A stretch of DNA of 10,142 bases from Candidatus Poribacteria bacterium (lineage in GTDB: Bacteria; Poribacteria; WGA-4E; UBA9662), in contig JAYGDX010000012.1 of assembly GCA_046582655.1 (NCBI GenBank), positions 1 through 10,142 on the forward strand, given 5' to 3'. Both the position numbers and the translations under genes were made by a program. Every line of letters starts with the position of its first letter. Positions within the stretch are counted from its first letter, which is position 1. The notes below the pieces were generated by a model. It saw only the letters and a program-made list of their open reading frames with translations. It was not told the origin of the DNA and did not search any database. Of the stretch, positions 6,024-10,142 are shown one piece after another.

Positions 6024-7886
6024 TTAGAATTTGGGAACACCGACAGTAACTAAAGCCTCGGCAACTTGACCAAAAGGCCGTCCACCAACAGTCAAATCAA
6101 GCCCAATAGGCTGGCGTCGACAACAGCTGCCATTCGGTGGTGAGATGGAGATCCGTATCTCTTTTTGTTCTCGCGGTTTCAATTCAACCTCGACCACTTG
6201 GCTCTCCCAATCATCCGGACCAACCAACTTAATTACAGCCTTTTCTGGGATCGGGAAAGGATTTAAAATCCATCCCTCAAACTCGGCCTCACCCCCAGCG
6301 GGAAGATGTAATTGGTAAGGGTTCAATTTTCCTCCTTGAGATTCAGCACCAAAATGAACGCCATCTTCGTCCAACAACATCAGGCGTAAGTGGACTTCGT
6401 CGAATGCATTGGCACCTTTCTCAATTACCTGATACCATTCCGGGCTGGTTTGGTATGGTCTGGTATGGCCCGTCAGTACCCAGTTGGGTTGAAAGTCACG
6501 GAGCAATTTCAGCGTCTGCTTATAGCATCCGAGATCTAGGCCATTCTTATAAACATGATTGGTAAACGATTTTGCATCTTTGTCAAAAGGCAACCCGCTT
6601 GGGGTGTTGAAGAAAATTTGGTCTCCGGTATGGACAACCCTTTTTCCATCCACCTCAAAGCAAATCAAGGTCGAAAACCGCGTGTGTCCAGACATCGGAT
6701 AAAGTTGGATTGGGATATTTTCCCAGTAAGTAACATGTTCATTGGGAAGATGACGACTAACTGAAATCGGTTCGTGCCATAGGCAGGGACGATCGTAGTA
6801 AGTTGGGTTTTCCAGAATATCTGAGAAGTGCACACCTGCCCAGACTTCGGTACCAAAAACACGTTGCAACATGGGGATACCATTAACATGGTCATCGTGG
6901 AAGTGCGACACCAGAACAGTATCGATTCGATCAATACCAAGCCTTTTCTTCAATCCTTTGATACCATGCAGAAACGGACGTCGATTTGATAGGTGTTGTT
7001 TGCCTGGCGACTGGTAGGCTGACATATTGTAGCCATAATCGATGGCCATTACTTTACCACTGTCGCTAATCACAAAGTTGGTCTCTGCACCACTATATTT
7101 TGAACGATACAAATGTGGAAGAACCTCCTCAATATCGTCATCATCTGGATCATTCAACTGGTCAATAAAACCAGGAGAAATGCCATCGAGCAGTTTCAAA
7201 TTATCTCTCAAAAGCTGAAGAGCTTGTTCAGGACGGTCTATTGGCTGCCCCAAGCTGGGTAGCAACATGTCCGGCTTGGTTTCAAGTAACCTATAGCAAC
7301 TTCGCCACACGTTAACGGCACCAGTAAAATCGTTGTAGTTGTACTGGAGCGGAGCTAAACGTGATGTACACCCCGGACCACAAATCAACTCACCGACAAA
7401 AGCTAGACGTAGACCGTTGAAGTCAACCACGTAACTGCTTGCACCGTTAGTGCAACCTGGTGTGGGAACCACCTCCCACTCTAGACCCGCAATCTTCCGC
7501 TTTTCATAATCCATCATCCAATCTGAAACCGGAATCGGGCGAACAGGTGCAAAGCGATCCCAGCGATTGTCATAGGAGTTCCAGATCTGCCGCTCCCGAA
7601 AATGCTGGTCCGGATCTATCAGATATTCCTGATCCCAATACGGCCCCAAGATTTTAGCTCCCGCATTTTGAAGACGAATGGCACCATCAGTATGATCCCT
7701 AAAGTGATGGGTGAGGAGAACAGTCAATGATCCGCCTTGAACCACTTCATCGAGATGATCAGCCACTAAACCTGTTCCCGCGTTAACTAGGACTGTTCCC
7801 TTAGACCCTTGAATGGCATATACACAGCAACTATCTTGAAAGAGGAAAACCCCATCATGAACTTTTTGCCAATTAGATAGCTCCAT
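6024..7886 (-). CDS. Tandem metallo-beta-lactamase-fold hydrolase (two MBL domains) with a C-terminal beta-sandwich-like domain
   Basis: 620 aa. Domain 1: LVNAGTG, THHFRDHTDG, TPGCTNG, FVGEL. Domain 2: AIDYG, SHFHDDHVNG, MSGHT, HTGD, LTGH. The C-terminal ~100 aa (WILNPFP...LVGPDDWE...VELKPREQKEIRISISPP) looks Ig-like. Confidence 0.85.
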   Translation of the reverse strand: MELSNWQKVHDGVFLFQDSCCVYAIQGSKGTVLVNAGTGLVADHLDEVVQGGSLTVLLTHHFRDHTDGAIRLQNAGAKILGPYWDQEYLIDPDQHFRERQIWNSYDNRWDRFAPVRPIPVSDWMMDYEKRKIAGLEWEVVPTPGCTNGASSYVVDFNGLRLAFVGELICGPGCTSRLAPLQYNYNDFTGAVNVWRSCYRLLETKPDMLLPSLGQPIDRPEQALQLLRDNLKLLDGISPGFIDQLNDPDDDDIEEVLPHLYRSKYSGAETNFVISDSGKVMAIDYGYNMSAYQSPGKQHLSNRRPFLHGIKGLKKRLGIDRIDTVLVSHFHDDHVNGIPMLQRVFGTEVWAGVHFSDILENPTYYDRPCLWHEPISVSRHLPNEHVTYWENIPIQLYPMSGHTRFSTLICFEVDGKRVVHTGDQIFFNTPSGLPFDKDAKSFTNHVYKNGLDLGCYKQTLKLLRDFQPNWVLTGHTRPYQTSPEWYQVIEKGANAFDEVHLRLMLLDEDGVHFGAESQGGKLNPYQLHLPAGGEAEFEGWILNPFPIPEKAVIKLVGPDDWESQVVEVELKPREQKEIRISISPPNGSCCRRQPIGLDLTVGGRPFGQVAEALVTVGVPKF

Positions 7887-7990
7887 ACTACACCCTTAAA
7901 CTCCTTGCTATGACGCAGATCAAACTTGTTAGTATTGCCTTTTATTTATTGAATCAACTATAAGTTCATGTACAGACCAAAGGAAATCGG

Positions 7991-8218
7991 TCACACGGAA
8001 ATTTCATTCGCCTGACCAGCACCGTTTGGGGTCCGGATATCTTCTGCCAAAGCCCGTACCTTCCTCCTCGTGGCGGTGGCGTTAGACTAAAAATGACCAA
8101 GGCAACAACCAATGTTGCGATATATTAGCATCTGGATTGATAAACTTAAAATAGATAACATTTCCATCAGTAAAAGCGAGGCCAACGATGTACCAGCAAC
8201 TATACCTTTCTTATTCAT
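7991..8218 (-). pseudogene. Eroded C-terminal remnant of an ActP/VC_2705-like sodium:solute (cation/acetate) symporter
   Basis: The minus strand, switching frames, reads MNKKGIVAG / IVGLAFTDGNVIYFKFINPDANISQHWL / VALVIFSLTPPP / KVRALAEDIRTPNGAGQANEISV* (TGA at 7991-7993). This matches the C-terminus I recall for this subfamily (MNKEGAIAG..VGL.FT..YI.YFKF...WLFGISPEGIG...VA.VVS..T.PPP.EVQ.LVE.IR.P.GAG.A). There are at least 3 frameshifts and the GISPEGIG segment is missing. Confidence 0.72.
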
Positions 8219-8348
8219 ACATCTGAAATCTACTTGGGCCAGATCGTTTACAGGACCATTTCGACCAAATCCACAACTTAATTATAAGCCAAAAATAACA
8301 GACGAAGAGCGATTTTTTTAACTCAGATCTCCATAATCTGTAAGTTGT

Positions 8349-10002
8349 TTATTTTATTTCTTCGGCAGCTTCTTCGACCCGTCGCAGGTCAATGGGCTCA
8401 GAAAACCCCATATGGAAGGCGAGAAACCACATCACAAACACGCCATAGCCCAGAAAAACTAGCTGCCACACCCATAATGACGGCATACCAAAAGCGCTGG
8501 TGTATTGGGATCGGAAAAAAGTGAATTACCTATTGTAGCAAACGGACCAAAACCCACCAAGAACCAGATTAATGTCAAAACCCAAGCCAAGTTAACTTTC
8601 TTTTTCCGTTCCGGACTCATACCCGACACCATCTGTAAAAACTGGTGTTTCTTTTCTTTCATCCTTATTGTATCTTCACTATCGGTTGTAAATCTAGAAA
8701 CTAATATGGTAGTGACCAGGTTGAATAGTATCCCCCAGCCGGCACTATGAATTGTAAGAGGATATGCCCCCCATGGAACTCCAAAAATTCCAAACCAAGC
8801 TGATGTTTTGTCCGTAAGCGTCACAGCAATCAAGCCAACAACCAATCCGGCTACGACACCTCGTCTTGTGAACCCCTTGTAATAACAAATACCAATTAAA
8901 GCAGGGTACATTTGAAATCCATAAGCAACCGCCAACCCGCCTAACATTACAATAGCCTGAGTAGAATTTGCAGCTACAATCAAAGCCACACCAGCAACAA
9001 GAATAACAAAAATGCGTCCGCTCATTTTCTGCACATGATCTGAGGCATCTGGTGCAAAATATTTCGCATAAATATCTCGGGTAACCATAGCACTAAATGT
9101 GGACATATATGCCGCACCAGTGCTATGCATAGCAGCCAACGCACATACTGCCAATAATCCTACTAACCAAGGTGCCGAACCTGAAAGCAAATTAATTAGT
9201 TGAGGAACGAGATTTTTGTCATCAGCACTCGCAAATGTACCATTTTTTATGAGTACATGACCGCCGACCCCCTGAAAAACAGTGAATGTAAATAAAATTA
9301 TACCTATTACAGCGGATGATGCAGCTACTTGTTGCCAGCGAAACGACCGGCTGGTTTTATTGGCAAATGCCCACATAGAAAATGCTGGGGAAGACTGAAT
9401 ACCCATTAGTGCGAACATGTAGGTCATACACATGAGACCTGTCCAAGGACCACCAATTGCCTTTGATCCCGCAGATACAAATTGCATACTGCCGGGAATT
9501 GCAATTGTCGATGAATATCCAGCAGGCGTCAGATTTTTCCCATTAGTAATATCACTCTTTACAATATCCGCTAACCCAGTCACTAAACCCGACCAGCCAT
9601 CAGAATAATGAATTGCAATACCTCCGAGAACAATCATACCCAGTGCCAGCAAAACACATTGGGCACAATCCACATAAGCCACGGAGCGCAACCCGCCTGA
9701 TGCCACATATGTCACGACGACTGCCGATAGCGCAAACATACCAAAATTGACGCTGACTAACCCATCGGTGAGGACATAAAACAAATCGCCTGAAGCTCTA
9801 AGCTGTACTCCTAAATAGGGAACACTAAATAGGAACGCGACCAATACTGTCAGTAATCGAATGGCATTACCACCATAGTAGTCACTATACATCTCACCAG
9901 GTGTAATATACTTGTATGCTTTACCTAAAATCCATTGGCGGCGTAAAAACAAAACACCGGTGAAAGGAATTATCAACGCATAACAAGGATGCAAATGCAT
10001 AA
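8349..10002 (-). pseudogene. Sodium:solute symporter family (SSS, PutP-like) gene, disrupted by an IS insertion and two frameshifts
   Basis: The body has SSS motifs (ITPGEMYSDYYG, YVASGGLRSVAYVD, LAAMHST...S.M.TRDIY). At the 5' end, TAT GCA TTT GCA TCC TTG T TAT GCG reads YAFAS then shifts by one base (about 9984) to YALIIPF, so the ORF-track start MHLHPC is spurious and the N-terminus is cut off by the IS. At the 3' end, after SDPNTPA (about 8495) a second frame gives FGMPSLWVWQLVFLGYGVFVMWFLAFHMGFSEPIDLRRVEEAAEEIK* (TAA at 8349-8351), the missing last TM helix. Confidence 0.87.
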
Positions 10003-10142
10003 GAGGGTGTCTAAAAACTCTAAGTTGAGTTCATTGCAAGTGGCCTAAGCATGAGTTGTATCATGGCAATATAAATCATATTTTCACTTGAGCTAACCAA
10101 ATATTCATAGTCTTTACTCAATCGACGATACCCATAAAGCCA
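10003..10142 (-). mobile_element. IS5-family insertion sequence (IS1031/IS427-like), right end; continues beyond the window
   Basis: The transposase C-terminus is followed immediately by an IR-like end GAGGGTGTCTAAAAACT (10003-10019, + strand) and a TAA/TTA trinucleotide (10000-10002) matching the 3-bp TNA target of IS1031-type elements. Symporter similarity stops exactly at this point. Confidence 0.87.
10020..10142 (-). CDS. IS5 family DDE transposase, C-terminal 40 aa (partial; missed by the ORF track)
   Basis: The minus strand reads WLYGYRRLSKDYEYLVSSSENMIYIAMIQLMLRPLAMNST* (TAG at 10020-10022). This matches the conserved IS5/IS1031 tail 'W...RRLSKDYE......E..IY.AMI.LMLRRLA'. Confidence 0.9.
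   Translation of the reverse strand, partial: WLYGYRRLSKDYEYLVSSSENMIYIAMIQLMLRPLAMNST

Noticed and set aside
6555..7657. Small ORFs 6555..6764 (+), 6665..6940 (-) and 7460..7657 (+)
   Set aside because: Nested in alternative frames or the opposite strand of the MBL gene, which is continuous and motif-complete.
8112..8321. 69-aa + strand ORF as a real small gene
   Set aside because: Overlaps the antisense of the symporter remnant; no clear SD or family resemblance.
8267..8354. Imperfect 14-bp inverted repeat (AAATCCACAACTTA / TAAGTTGTTTATTT, 12/14) flanking 60 bp, as a MITE or terminator
   Set aside because: AT-rich, one arm overlaps the symporter stop codon, there is no target duplication and no second copy, so it cannot be distinguished from chance.
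8505..8750. 81-aa + strand ORF
   Set aside because: Antisense shadow of the symporter.
8459..10000. ORF-track 513-aa protein as an intact symporter
   Set aside because: Both termini (MHLHPC and LLVCRHYGCGS) are out-of-frame artefacts of frameshifts, and the N-terminus is cut off by the IS.

Overview
Bacterial window of moderately low GC. It is probably from Candidatus Poribacteria, inferred from a LamG-like jellyroll protein ending in the Poribacteria-type tail 'LSVDSLDKLSVIWGKLK'. The left edge holds the 3' part of a YCF48/BNR-repeat beta-propeller gene (+). A run of minus-strand genes converges on it: a tandem metallo-beta-lactamase-fold protein, a GDP-mannose mannosyl hydrolase (Nudix), an SDR oxidoreductase, a bicupin, a LamG protein interrupted by one in-frame TAG, a TPR protein and a xylose-isomerase-like TIM barrel. 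The right end is a decay zone that the ORF track misrepresents. An IS5-family (IS1031-like) element is inserted into a sodium:solute symporter gene; its transposase C-terminus, terminal repeat and TAA target are visible. That gene also carries two frameshifts and is followed by a heavily eroded, unannotated C-terminal remnant of a second, ActP/VC_2705-like symporter. An exact 21-bp direct repeat is shared in-frame by the unrelated LamG and cupin genes. I see no CRISPR array, tRNA or rRNA and no clearly novel multi-gene system. All family assignments rest on motif recognition, not database searches.
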